Below, piece after piece: positions 50,579-61,720 of a stretch of 64,000 bases of DNA. The position numbers were made by a program, and so were the translations under genes. The notes under the pieces were generated by a model. That model was not told the origin of the DNA. It was given only the letters and a program-made list of their open reading frames with translations, and searched no databases. Source of the stretch: Dendrobates tinctorius. Its lineage: Eukaryota. The stretch's first letter is position 1; each line of letters begins with the position of its first letter. The DNA lies in NCBI RefSeq assembly GCF_039654945.1, contig NW_027361824.1, positions 12,772,001-12,836,000 of the forward strand, given 5' to 3'.

Positions 50579-53311
50579 ATGGGCAACAAACAAGGAGAAT
50601 TGGAACTACTAACACAGGAAAAGAAATATGATGTCATTGGAATCACTGAAACTTGGTGGGGCAATACACATGATTGGAATACAAGACTAGAGGGATACAA
50701 CTTATTTGCAAGAAACAGACTTGATAAACGAGGAGGGGGTGTCGCATTGTATGTTAGAAACGCGTATATCTGCACAGAGATTGAAGCTTCAGAGACTGGG
50801 AGTTCTGTGGAAACTGTTTGGGTAAGAATACAAGGACAGAACAATGGAAAGGACACCATTGTAGGCATTTACTACAGGCCGCCTGTGCAAGCTGAAGATA
50901 TGGATGAACTCTTTATGCATCAAATGGCCAAGTTCTCCAAAAAATATGACATAGTTGTCATGGGAGATTTCAACTATCCAGACATTTGTTGGGAATCTCT
51001 CTCAGGCAAAACTAACAGGTCAAGGAAATTCTTATCCTCTCTTGCTGACAACTTTATCTTCCAAAAGGTAGGGGAGAAAACAAGGGGAACTGCTACCTTG
51101 GATCTAATCCTTATAAACAGGGAGGAAATGGTTGAGGAGGTAAAAGTGGCTGGAACCCTAGGAGGTAGCGACCATGCTATTTTAGAATTTTGCATAACTA
51201 GAGGAGGAAGACCTGTGAAGACTCAGACATCAAGGTTAGATTTCATAAAGGCAGATTTTAAGGGATTCAGAAAGATAATTGGAGGGATCCAATGGCTGGA
51301 TATCCTTAAAGACAAAAATGTCCAGGAAGGATGGGATATCTTGAAAAATGAAATTCTCAAAGCACAGTTGTTAACAATTCCGAAAAGAGGGAAAAATAGG
51401 AAGCATTTAAGGAAACCAGGATGGGTGAACACAGAACTTAAGCACATGCTAAAAAGGAAGAAAAAAATGTTTATAAAATGGAAAGAGGGAGGCATATCTA
51501 AAGAAGAATATAATGCTGTCTGCAGAACCTGCAGGGCACAAATCAGATTATCTAAAGCTGACAATGAATTGAGGCTTGCAAGAGATGTCAAAAGCAATAA
51601 TAAAGGATTTTGGGGATATGTCAAAAGTAAAAGAAAAGTCAAAGATGCTATAGGATTTTTACAGGATGAAAATGATGAAATGGTAAGACAGGATGTTGAG
51701 AAGGCTGAACTTTTAAATTCCTATTTTGCATCTGTTTTCTCTCAGAAAGGAAATGTAACATCAACTGTTATTCACTGTCCTATTAAGGGAATAGAAGAAT
51801 CCAGGATATCTATAAACAGAAAGATAGTGAGGAAACACTTAGCTAACCTAAATGAATTCAAGTCTCCAGGTCCAGATGAATTACACCCCAGAGTACTGAA
51901 GGAGATAGCAGAAGAAATTTTTGAACCCCTCTCCATAATCTTTGAAAATTCTTGGAGAACAGGAGAAGTGCCAGAAGACTGGAGAAGAGCAAATGTTGTT
52001 CCTATCTTCAAAAAGGGGAAGAAGGTGAACCCAGGCAACTATAGGCCGGTGAGTCTGACTTCTATACCAGGAAAGATCTTTGAACAAATTATTAAACAAC
52101 ATGTATGTCAATACCTGGATAAGAATGAAGTGATTAAACAGAGTCAGCATGGGTTTGTAACTAATAAGTCATGTCAGACTAACTTAATTTCCTTCTATGA
52201 CGGTATCACTGATTGGGTGGATCAAGGAAATGCTGTAGATATAGTATATCTTGACTTCAGCAAAGCATTTGACAAAGTCTCTCATACAATCCTTATTGAA
52301 AAAATGACTAAGTATGGAATGGACAAGGCAACTGTTAGGTGGATTCATAACTGGCTTAGTGATCGGACCCAAAGAGTGGTCGTAAATGGCTGCACATCCA
52401 GTTGGAAGAATGTCTCAAGTGGGGTACCACAGGGCTCTGTCCTGGGCCCTGTATTGTTCAACATCTTTATCAACGATTTAGATGAAGGAATTGAGGGTAA
52501 ACTGATTAAATTTGCTGATGACACAAAGCTAGGAGGGATAGCTAATACTAGAGAAGCGAGAGAGAGGATTCAAAAAGATTTAAATAAACTGGAGAAGTGG
52601 GCAGCAACTAACAGAATGGTTTTTAACAGGGAGAAATGCAAAGTACTACATCTGGGCAATAAAAATGAAAAAAGCATATACAGAATGGGAGGAATAGGGC
52701 TAAGCAACAGCACATGTGAAAAAGACTTGGGTATACTAATAGATCACAGACTGAATATGAGTCAACAGTGTGATGCAGCAGCAAAAAAGACAAATGCAAT
52801 TCTAGGATGTATTAACAGAAGCATACACTCTAGATCACGTGAAGTCATTATTTCCCTCTACTCCTCTTTGGTCAGACCTCATCTGGAATATTGTGTCCAG
52901 TTTTGGGCACCACATTTTAAAAAAGACATCAACAAACTGGAGCAAGTTCAGAAAAGAGCGACCAGAATGGTGACCGGTCTGCAAACCCTGTCTTATGAGG
53001 AAAGGTTGCAGGATTTGGGAATGTTTAGTTTGCAAAAGAGAAGACTGAGAGGAGACTTAATAGCTGTCTACAAATATCTAAAGGGCTGTCACATTGTAGA
53101 AGGATCAACTTTATTCTCATTTGCACAAGGAAAGACTAGAAGCAATGGGATGAAACTGAATGGGAGGAGACACAGATTAGATATTAGAAAAAACTTTTTG
53201 ACAGTTAGAGTGATCAATGAGTGGAACAGGCTGCCACGAGAAGTTGTGAGTTCTCCTTCAATGGAAGTCTTCAAACAGAGGCTGGACAGACATCTGACTG
53301 GGATGATTTAG
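50579..53311 (+). CDS. CR1 ORF2, APE endonuclease + reverse transcriptase (frame is open upstream to at least 50390)
   Basis: ITETW, GDFN, SDH (APE); KSPGPD, YRPVSL, YLDFSKAFD, GVPQGSVLGP, FADD (RT); uninterrupted 910 aa. Confidence 0.96.
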   Translation: MGNKQGELELLTQEKKYDVIGITETWWGNTHDWNTRLEGYNLFARNRLDKRGGGVALYVRNAYICTEIEASETGSSVETVWVRIQGQNNGKDTIVGIYYRPPVQAEDMDELFMHQMAKFSKKYDIVVMGDFNYPDICWESLSGKTNRSRKFLSSLADNFIFQKVGEKTRGTATLDLILINREEMVEEVKVAGTLGGSDHAILEFCITRGGRPVKTQTSRLDFIKADFKGFRKIIGGIQWLDILKDKNVQEGWDILKNEILKAQLLTIPKRGKNRKHLRKPGWVNTELKHMLKRKKKMFIKWKEGGISKEEYNAVCRTCRAQIRLSKADNELRLARDVKSNNKGFWGYVKSKRKVKDAIGFLQDENDEMVRQDVEKAELLNSYFASVFSQKGNVTSTVIHCPIKGIEESRISINRKIVRKHLANLNEFKSPGPDELHPRVLKEIAEEIFEPLSIIFENSWRTGEVPEDWRRANVVPIFKKGKKVNPGNYRPVSLTSIPGKIFEQIIKQHVCQYLDKNEVIKQSQHGFVTNKSCQTNLISFYDGITDWVDQGNAVDIVYLDFSKAFDKVSHTILIEKMTKYGMDKATVRWIHNWLSDRTQRVVVNGCTSSWKNVSSGVPQGSVLGPVLFNIFINDLDEGIEGKLIKFADDTKLGGIANTREARERIQKDLNKLEKWAATNRMVFNREKCKVLHLGNKNEKSIYRMGGIGLSNSTCEKDLGILIDHRLNMSQQCDAAAKKTNAILGCINRSIHSRSREVIISLYSSLVRPHLEYCVQFWAPHFKKDINKLEQVQKRATRMVTGLQTLSYEERLQDLGMFSLQKRRLRGDLIAVYKYLKGCHIVEGSTLFSFAQGKTRSNGMKLNGRRHRLDIRKNFLTVRVINEWNRLPREVVSSPSMEVFKQRLDRHLTGMI

Positions 53312-53396
53312 CGAATCCTGCTTTGAGCAGGGGGTTGGACCAGATGGCCCAGGAGGTCCCTTCCAACTCTACGATTCTATGATTCTATGATTCTAT

Positions 53397-55650
53397 GACC
53401 CCCGATCAGCCAGGCAGCGACCGCACAGACCCCCGATCAGCCCGGCAGCGCCCGCACAGACCCCCGATCATCCCGGCAGAGCTCGCACAGACCTCCGATC
53501 AGCCCGGCAGAGCCCGCACAGACCCCTGATCAGCCCAGCAGAGCCCACACAGACCTCCGGTCAGCCCGGCAGAGCCCGCACAGACCCCCGATCAGCCCGG
53601 CAGAGCCCGCACAGACCCCCGATCAGCCCGGCAGAGCCCGCACAGACCCCCGATCAGCCCGGCAGAGCCCGCACAGACCCCTGATCAGCCCGGCAGAGCT
53701 CGCACAGACCCCCGATCAGCCCGGCAGAGCTCGCACAGACCCCTGATCAGCCCGGCAGAGCTCGCACAGACCTCCGATCAGCCCGGAAGAGCCCGCACAG
53801 ACCCCCGATCAGCCCGGCAGCGCCCGCACAGACCCCCGATCAGCCCGGCAGAGCTCGCACAGACCTCCGATCAGCCCGGCAGAGCCCGCACAGACCCCCG
53901 ATCAGCCCGGCAGAGCCCGCACAGACCCCCGATCAGCCCGGCAGAGCTCGCACAGACCTCCGATTAGCCCGGAAGAGCCCGCACAGACCCCTGATCAACC
54001 CGGCAGAGCCCGCACAGACCCCCTATCAGCCCGGCAGAGCCTGCACAGACCCCCGATCAGCCAGGCAGCGACCGCACAGACCCCCGATCAGCCCGGCAGC
54101 GCCCGCACAGACCACCGATCATCCCGGCAGAGCTCGCACAGACCTCCGATCAGCCCGGCAGAGCCCGCACAGACCCCTGATCAGCCCGGCAGAGCCCACA
54201 CAGACCTCCGGTCAGCCCGGCAGAGCCCGCACAGACCCCCGATCAGCCCGGCAGAGCCCGCACAGACCCCCGATCAGCCCGGCAGAGCCCGCACAGACCC
54301 CGCACAGACCCCTGATCAGCCCGGCAGAGCTTGCACAGACCCCCGATCAGCCCGGCAGAGCCCGCACAGACCCCCGATCAGCCCGGCAGAGCCCGCACAG
54401 ACCCCTGATCAGCCCGGCAGAGCTTGCACAGACCTCTGATCAGCCCGGAAGAGCCCGCACAGACCCCCGATCAGCCCGGCAGAGCTCGCACAGACCTCCG
54501 ATCAGCCCGGCAGAGCCTGCACAGACCCCCGATCAGCCCGGCAGAGCCCGCACAGACCCCCGATCAGCCCGGCAGAGCTCGCACAGACCCCCGATCAGCC
54601 CGGCAGAGCTCGCACAGACCTCCGATCAGCCCGGAAGAGCCCGCACAGACCCCTGATCAACCCGGCAGAGCCCGCACAGACCCCCTATCAGCCCGGCAGA
54701 GCCCGCACAGACCCCCGATCAGCCCGGCAGAGCCCGCACAGACCCCCGATCAGCCCGGCAGATCCCGCACAGACCCCTGATCAGCCCGGCAGAGCTCGCA
54801 CAGACCCCCGATCAGCCCGGCAGAGCTCGCACAGACCCCCGATCAGCCCGGCAGAGCTCGCACAGACCTCCGGTCAGCCCGGCAGAGCTCGCACAGACCC
54901 CTGATCAGCCCGGCAGAGCCCGCACAGACCCCTGATCAGCCCGGCAGAGCCCGCACAGACCCCTGATCAGCCCGGCAGAGCCCACACAGACCTCCGGTCA
55001 GCCCGGCAGAGCCCGCACAGACCCCTGATCAGCCCGGCAGAGCCCGCACAGACCCCTGATCAGCCCGGCAGAGCTCGCACAGACCCCTGATCAGCCCGGC
55101 AGAGCCCGCACAGACCCCTGATCAGCCCGGCAGAGCTCGCACAGACCCCCGATCAGCCCGGCAGAGCTCGCACAGACCCCCGATCAGCCCGGCAGAGCTC
55201 GCACAGACCCCCGATCAGCCCGGCAGAGCCCGCACAGACCCCCGATCAGCCCGGCAGAGCCCGCACAGACCTTCAGTGAGCCCGGCAGAGCCCGCACAGA
55301 CCTCCAGTGAGCCCGGCAGAGCTCGCACAGACCCCCGATCAGCCAGGCAGCGACCGCACAGACCTCCAGTGAGCCCGGCAGAGCCCGCACAGACCCCTGA
55401 TCAGCCCGGCAGAGCCCGCACAGACCCCTGATCAGCCCGGCAGAGCTCGCACAGACCCCTGATCAGCCCGGCAGAGCCCGCACAGACCCCTGATCAGCCC
55501 GGCAGAGCTCGCACAGACCCCTGATCAGCCCGGCAGAGCCCGCACAGACCCCTGATCAGCCCGGCAGAGCTTGCACAGACCCCCGATCAGCCCGGCAGAG
55601 CCCGCACAGACCTCCAGTCAGCCCGGCAGAGCTTGCACAGACCCCCGCAC
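53397..55650. repeat. 31-bp GC-rich minisatellite (CCCGATCAGCCCGGCAGAGCCCGCACAGACC)
   Basis: About 72 tandem copies read directly. Confidence 0.96.
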
Positions 55651-55858
55651 ACACATATGACGCTGCGCGGCCAGCCAATCACAGTATTGCCACAACAAAG
55701 AAGGTGGTGGCTTTACTGTGATTGGCTGACGCATGCCGGGCGGGAGATCCGAATATTGCGAGGCGAGTAGTGAAATTTCCTCGCTAGGATTCGAGTACCG
55801 CGAGTACCGCATTACTCGCCGAGTACCGAATCCTAACGAGTATACTCGCTCATCCCTA
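55651..55858. mobile_element. Probable terminus of a hAT-like non-autonomous element
   Basis: Ends CGAGTATACTCGCTCATCCCTA (reverse TAGGGATGAGCG..); CGAGTA subterminal repeats; CAGCCAATCACAG/CTGTGATTGGCTG palindrome. The partner end was not found. Confidence 0.5.
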
Positions 55859-56134
55859 GTAGTCATCCTATTCAGGTACTGCATGCAATAAATGAGATAT
55901 AGGACTGTATGCTACATATACAGTATATGGGGAAGATTATGTGCCCCCTCCACATATTCCTCCAGGAGCTTTTTGGCCTCCTTTCCTACATCCATAGAGA
56001 TAATATAGAGGCATCCTGGTATCAGTGCGCTCTGCACCACCGGCAGATGTGTCACATGGTGGTAAAGGCAGACAGCAGTGGCGCAACTATGAGCCCTGGT
56101 GAAGGATTGGATCTGGGCCCCCCATCCTGGTATA

Positions 56135-57569
56135 CAGTGTGTTCGGAAAGTATTCTGACCCCTTTAAATTTTTCACTCTTTGTTTCATTGCAGCCATTTG
56201 GTAAATTCAAAAAAGTTCATTTTTTTCTCACAAATGTACGCTCTGCACAACATCTTGACATAAAAAAAATAGAAATGTAGAAATGTTTGCAAATTTTTAG
56301 AAAAAGAATGCTAAGAAAACAAGTTCATAATCATTTAGAAACAACAATACTAATGTTTTACCTCAGGAAGAGTTCAGAAATCAATATTCTGTGGAATAAC
56401 CATGATTATTAATCCCAGCTTTCCTGCGTCTTGGCTGCTTTCCACTGGTCTCTCACACGGCTTTTGGGTGACCTTATGCCACTGCTGGTACAAAAATGTA
56501 AGCAGTTCTTCTTTGTTTGATGGCTTGTGACTCTCCATCTTCCTCTTGATTACATTCCAGAGGTTTTCAGTGGGGTTCAGGTCTGGAGATTGGGCTGCCC
56601 ATGACAGGGATTTGATGTGGTGGTCCTTCCTCCACACATTGATTGACCTAGCTGTGTGGTATGCCGAATTGTCCTGCTGGAAAAAACAGTCCTCAGAGTT
56701 GGGGAACATTGCCTGAGAAGAAGGAATCGGCTGTTTATCCAGGATAACCTTGTATGCGGCTTCATACGTCCTTCACAAAAATTAACCTGCCCAATTCCAG
56801 CCTTGCTGAAGCATCCCCAGATAATCGCCGATCCTCCACCAAATTTCAGTCGGTATAAGACACTGTGGCTTGTACGCCTCTCCAGGTCTCCGTCTAACCA
56901 TTAGAAGACCAGGTGTTGGGCAAAGCTGAAAATTAGACTTATCAAAGAAGATTACCTTACTCCAGTCCTCTATGGTCCAATCCTTATGGTATTTGGCAAA
57001 CTTCAGCCTGACTCTCCTTTGTTTCTCATTGATGAAAGGCTTTTTTCTAGCTTTACATGACTTGAGCCCTGTCTCTAGGAGCCTGTTACAAACTGTTCTT
57101 GCCGTGCACTTCACCCCAGCTGCCATTTGCCATTCCTTTTGTAGGTGACTTGATGTCATCCTGCGGTTGCTGAGTGATATTCGAATAAGATGACGGTCAC
57201 CCCGGTCAGTGGAGAGTCGTTTTCGCCCTCTGCCGGTCTGTAGCTTTGTTGTCCCCAATGTCTGCTGCTTGACCTTGTTGTAATGGACTGCTGTCTGTTA
57301 TTTTTTCATTCCTATTAGTTTTGGGATATTCCTAGCATTTGTTTCACCATCCACCTTGTCCTATTGCTAGAGGATTGTGAACACCACAGCATGTTTTTTT
57401 TTATACTTTCCTTCCTTAAATAAGATTTGGTTCAGGTGATCACCTAGTCAGAAGCACATTAAGTAGAATGAGGTGTACTCTGGACACTGGATTGGAATGG
57501 CTGCCAGACATGGAGAGAAGCTGATTTTTATAAAACTGTGCAGTGGTCTCTTAATTTTTGCCAGAGCTG
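56135..57569 (-). mobile_element. Decayed Tc1 (DD34E) transposon with non-matching ends
   Basis: Transposase fragments GRGRKR..KKPFINEKQRR..VIFFDKSNF and FQQDNSAYH..SPDLNPTENLW. TA|CAGTGTGTTCGGAAAGTATT at left versus TTAATTTTTGCCAGAGCTG|TA at right. Confidence 0.85.
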
Positions 57570-57571
57570 TA

Positions 57572-57886
57572 TATCCCCCATCCTGGTATATATGTCCCTT
57601 ATCCTGGGCCCCATCCTGCTATATACTGTATGTCCCTTATCCTGGGCCCATCCTGGTATATACTGTAAGTCCCTTATCCTGGGCCCCTTCCTGGTATATA
57701 TGTCCCGTATCCTGGGCCCCATCCTGCTATATATGTCCCTTATCCTGGGTCCCATACTTGTATATATGTCTCTTATCCTGGCCCCCATCCTGCTATATAT
57801 GTCCCTTATCCTGGGTCCCATACTTGTATATATGTCTCTTATCCTGGCCCCCATCCTGGTATATATGTCCCATATCATGGGCCCCA
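57572..57886. repeat. 33-bp minisatellite (ATATATGTCCCTTATCCTGGGCCCCATCCTGGT)
   Basis: About 9 copies; a partial unit also lies left of the Tc1 at ~56113-56134. Confidence 0.88.
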
Positions 57887-58774
57887 TGCAGGCATACATA
57901 CCGAGGACAATGGGATTCAAGCATGAACCCATGATCACATAACTAATAGATGTAACAAACTGAGCTCTGCTACATCTGAAAACAATGTCAACATTCCCTC
58001 CACGCACTTAATAGCACTTTGTATCTGTTCTTATACAGAGACCGGCCGGTGAGCGGATCCTGCAGCGTTATGTGAATGCCCCATTTCTTATAGTGATGGC
58101 CGGACCGTGTAATACACTGTTCACCATCCACCTGTGTGTCCCCCATTTACCCATAGATGGTAGCTGTAATGTCTTTATTGTCTACACAAGTCCCCTCTAA
58201 ATTGTAAAGCGCTACGGAATATGTTGGCTCTATAGAAATAAAATTATTGCTATTATTATTTTGGTATTTCTGAATATCTCAGATATTTAACAATTTCAAC
58301 CTTGGAACATATGACAAAGCCAACTCTGCTCCATCTGACACTCAGCTCTGCTACGTTTTGCAGTGTCTGTACCATGCTGATGAAAAGCTGGTCTAGTACT
58401 TCTGACAATCTCAGCTCTGCTACATCTGTGAGTGCAGTGGATTTCATCATTCATTGCCCTCCCCCTGGGATTGTGGACACATTCTAGAAGTTTTGGTCAT
58501 TCCTCCCCCCACATTGCCACGTCGTCTCTGCTTTGAGTATCAAGTATCAGAGCCTTCGAAATTCTCCTCCTCCTTCCAGATGCAAAAAAACTTTGTCTGA
58601 ACTCAGGAAAAGAACCAGAATGATCATTGGTATTTTTCTCTGCAAAATGCAAGGTTATATTTGAAAATGAACCAAAATAAAAAAGATGTAGTAGAGCCGA
58701 GTTTGTCAGATATAGTAGGGCTGAGGTGGTAACATGTATCTGAGTTATAACTGATGCAAAAGAAGTGAGATTAT

Positions 58775-59060
58775 AAAGCAGAGCTGTGGCTGCAAAATGC
58801 AGAAGAGACTGCAAGATGTAGCAGAGCTGTGGTTGTAAAATGCAGGAGCAGAGACTGCAAGATGTAGCAGAGCTGTGGTTGTAAAATGCAGGAGCAGAGA
58901 CTGCAAGATGTAGCAGAGCTGTGGTTGTAAAATGCAGGAGCAGAGACTGCAAGAAGTAGCAGGGCTGGAGATGTAAGATGCAGGAGAAGAGGCTGCAAGA
59001 TGTAGCAGAGCTGGGGCTGTACCATGCAAGAGAAGAGACTGCGAGATGCAGCAGAGCTGA
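58775..59060. repeat. 46-bp tandem repeat containing AGATGTAGCAGAGCTG
   Basis: About 6 copies; the core motif is also dispersed through the window. Confidence 0.8.
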
Positions 59061-60037
59061 TTTTGATTAAAATGCACATTGGCTTTATGAGAATGCCCGG
59101 CTGTGATTGTCAGATGTAGCAGACTGAGTTTGATAGATACAATATAGGATGTGGGGGAGCTGAAGTTGTCACATGTGGCAGAGCCAAGACTGTAAGATCC
59201 AATACAGAGGGGTGTAACTATAGGGGGTGCAGGGGTTGCAGTCAGACTTGGGCCCTGGTGTCTGGGGGCCCAATAGGTCCCATTGGTGACATGAGAGGAC
59301 CAATGCTAGTAAAGACGACTCGTGACAGTCGGGGTCCTGTTGGAGAGTTTGCATTGGCGCTAATCAGCTTCATGTTAAGCCACTGCTTAAATGTAGCAGG
59401 GCTGAGTTTGTCAAAAGTTGAAAAGGTGAAGTTGGAACACGGATATGCTGGTGCAGCAGAGCTGAGGCTGCGCGGTATAGCAGAGAGGAGTTGGTGATGT
59501 AACACAGCCCCTCTGAATTTCCCACTCTGGGATTTCCTACAGGACGGCATCTAGAACAAGAGGCCATTCTGTGCAGAGAACCGCAGGGTGGGGAGATGAA
59601 TACGACCCCTTCATGGCGCAGAGGGGGCCTTTCCTGCCCCGATGTAGCCCCCTGTGATAATATAATGTATCCCATAATGTATGTGGCGCCCGCAGAGCTA
59701 GAATGTCACCCGTTACGACACATTGGCGCAGCTTGGTAGACATGGTGGACACTGTATGGTGGGGTCCTATGGGGGCCTGGCAGGGTCTATATGGGGGTCT
59801 GTGCTGCTGTACAGCTCTGTGTGGTGGCTGCTGTAGGGGGTCCTGTAGCCAGCATTGCAACTGTCATTTTATGGGCCTTCGATGGTTGGCCTGTGAAGGC
59901 TGGCACCGGACAGATCACATGAATCCCACCGCTGCCACCACTCGTGATGAACCCATGTGACGTCACTATTATGTGAGAGAGATCACGGAGTGCGGTCTCC
60001 CCACTATCACCAACACGACGTTCTGCACCCCCTGGTA

Positions 60038-60436
60038 GATGGCACTGTTTGTTGGGCACAGTGGATGGCACTGTTTGTCAGGCACCGTGGATGGCACTGT
60101 TTGTCGGGCACCGTGGATGGTACTGTTTGTCAGGCACAGTGGATGGCACTGTTGGTCAGGCACCATGGATGGCACTGTTTGGCGGGCGCCGTGAATGACA
60201 CTATTTGTCAGGCACCGTGGATGGCACTGTTTGTCAGGCACCGTGGATGGCACTGTTTGTCAGGCACAGTGGATGGCACTGTTGGTCAGGCACCATGGAT
60301 GGCACTGTTTGGCGGGCGCCATGAATGACACTATTTGTCAGGCACAGTGGATGGCACTGTTGGTCGAGCACCGTGGATGGCACTGTTTGTCAGGCACCGT
60401 GGATGGCACTGTTTATCGAGCACCGTGGATGGCACA
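60038..60436. repeat. 26-bp minisatellite (GATGGCACTGTTTGTCAGGCACCGTG)
   Basis: About 15 copies. Confidence 0.9.
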
Positions 60437-61369
60437 GACACCACGGGGTTAAAGCAACTAAAAACCAAAAGTTAGCTTTATCTGCTGCCAATGCACCAAG
60501 CAGCAGAGTAAGGCACCCGATCAGCATCCAGCAGCATCATCACTGCTCCAGATAAGCTGAACCCCCTCTGCACCAGGTAGGTCCAGTTCTTCACCTAGGT
60601 TGGTTACCAAATGACCAGTATTACCAACAGTGATCTGCAGCACCAGGTGTTCCTTTATAGGAAGGAGGGAGAGGTCACCACCTGCTGACTAACTACACAT
60701 GTAGCAACACCAGCGGCCACCGGGGGGAGGGGGAACCCAGCAGCAGACTCACTAAACTTGTAGTAACACCAGCGGCCACCAGGGGCAAAAACTAATATTA
60801 ACCCCCGATGGCCTGAAAGGAAAAAGGTTTATATAAGAGAATCCAGACTCTGACACAGATCCAAGAATGGATCGTGATAGGAGCCCATCGGACTCTAGTT
60901 GTGCCACTGGTTATTGACGTCAGAATATAAGTGACAGGGTCCTGAATGAGACCACCTGAAGGTATCTGAGCAGATCTGAGGGTCTGTTACATTGTGTTCC
61001 GTCTCGACAATCCTCAGACCTGCACAAGTCTCTGTCCTGTCCTGGTGTTTTATTACAAAGTGTTACTGCAGTCCTGAGGATGGGATACAAATGTAACAAA
61101 CCCTCAGCTGTGAGCAGCACAGAGGGATTCAACCTCTAGACGGAAATGTAAAGGTCACATCTGCACATGAGAAAGGGATGGGGCGGATGGGAGTGATTGT
61201 TCTCTAGGGTTTCAGGAGGATGAGGAAACTCCTACACTGCCGGATCTTCAAGAAAACTAATGCCAAATTTCACCAAGCTCTCCCCAAACTGAGGGATCAA
61301 AACCCGACCTCCCCCCAAGGCCGCCAACAGGACCCCAACCATGACCAGCTAAGGGCAAAGGGAAGTAAT

Positions 61370-61720
61370 GGTGATGGGGTCACTCCGATGTTTATGGGGC
61401 ACTGACTATAGATATGGGGTCTCTCCGGGGTTTATGGGGCACTGACTATAGTAACTGGGTCACCCCAGGATTTATGGGGCACTGACTATAGTAATGGGGT
61501 CACTCCGATGTTTATGGGGCACTGACTATAGTTATGGGGTCTCTCCGGGGTTTATGGGGCACTGACTATAGTAACGGGGTCACCCCAGGATTTATGGGGC
61601 ACTGACTATAGTAATGGGGTCACTCCGGTGTTTATGGGGCACTGACTATAGTAACAGGGTCACTCCAGGGTTTATGGGGCACTGACTATAGTAATGGGGT
61701 CGCTCCATGGTTTATGGGGC
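61370..61720. repeat. 40-bp minisatellite (TTTATGGGGCACTGACTATAGTAATGGGGTCACTCCGATG)
   Basis: About 9 copies, abutting the next array. Confidence 0.9.

Larger units (their letters stand above)
49247..53398 (+). mobile_element. Near full-length CR1 LINE retrotransposon
   Basis: 5'UTR, ORF1, ORF2 and a short 3'UTR ending GGTCCCTTCCAACTCTACG(ATTCTATG)3, the CR1 3' octamer tail. Confidence 0.96.

Noticed and set aside
50560-53274. Minus-strand ORFs over CR1, and antisense ORFs over RPS3/SERPINH1 exons
   Set aside because: Shadow ORFs of real coding sequence.
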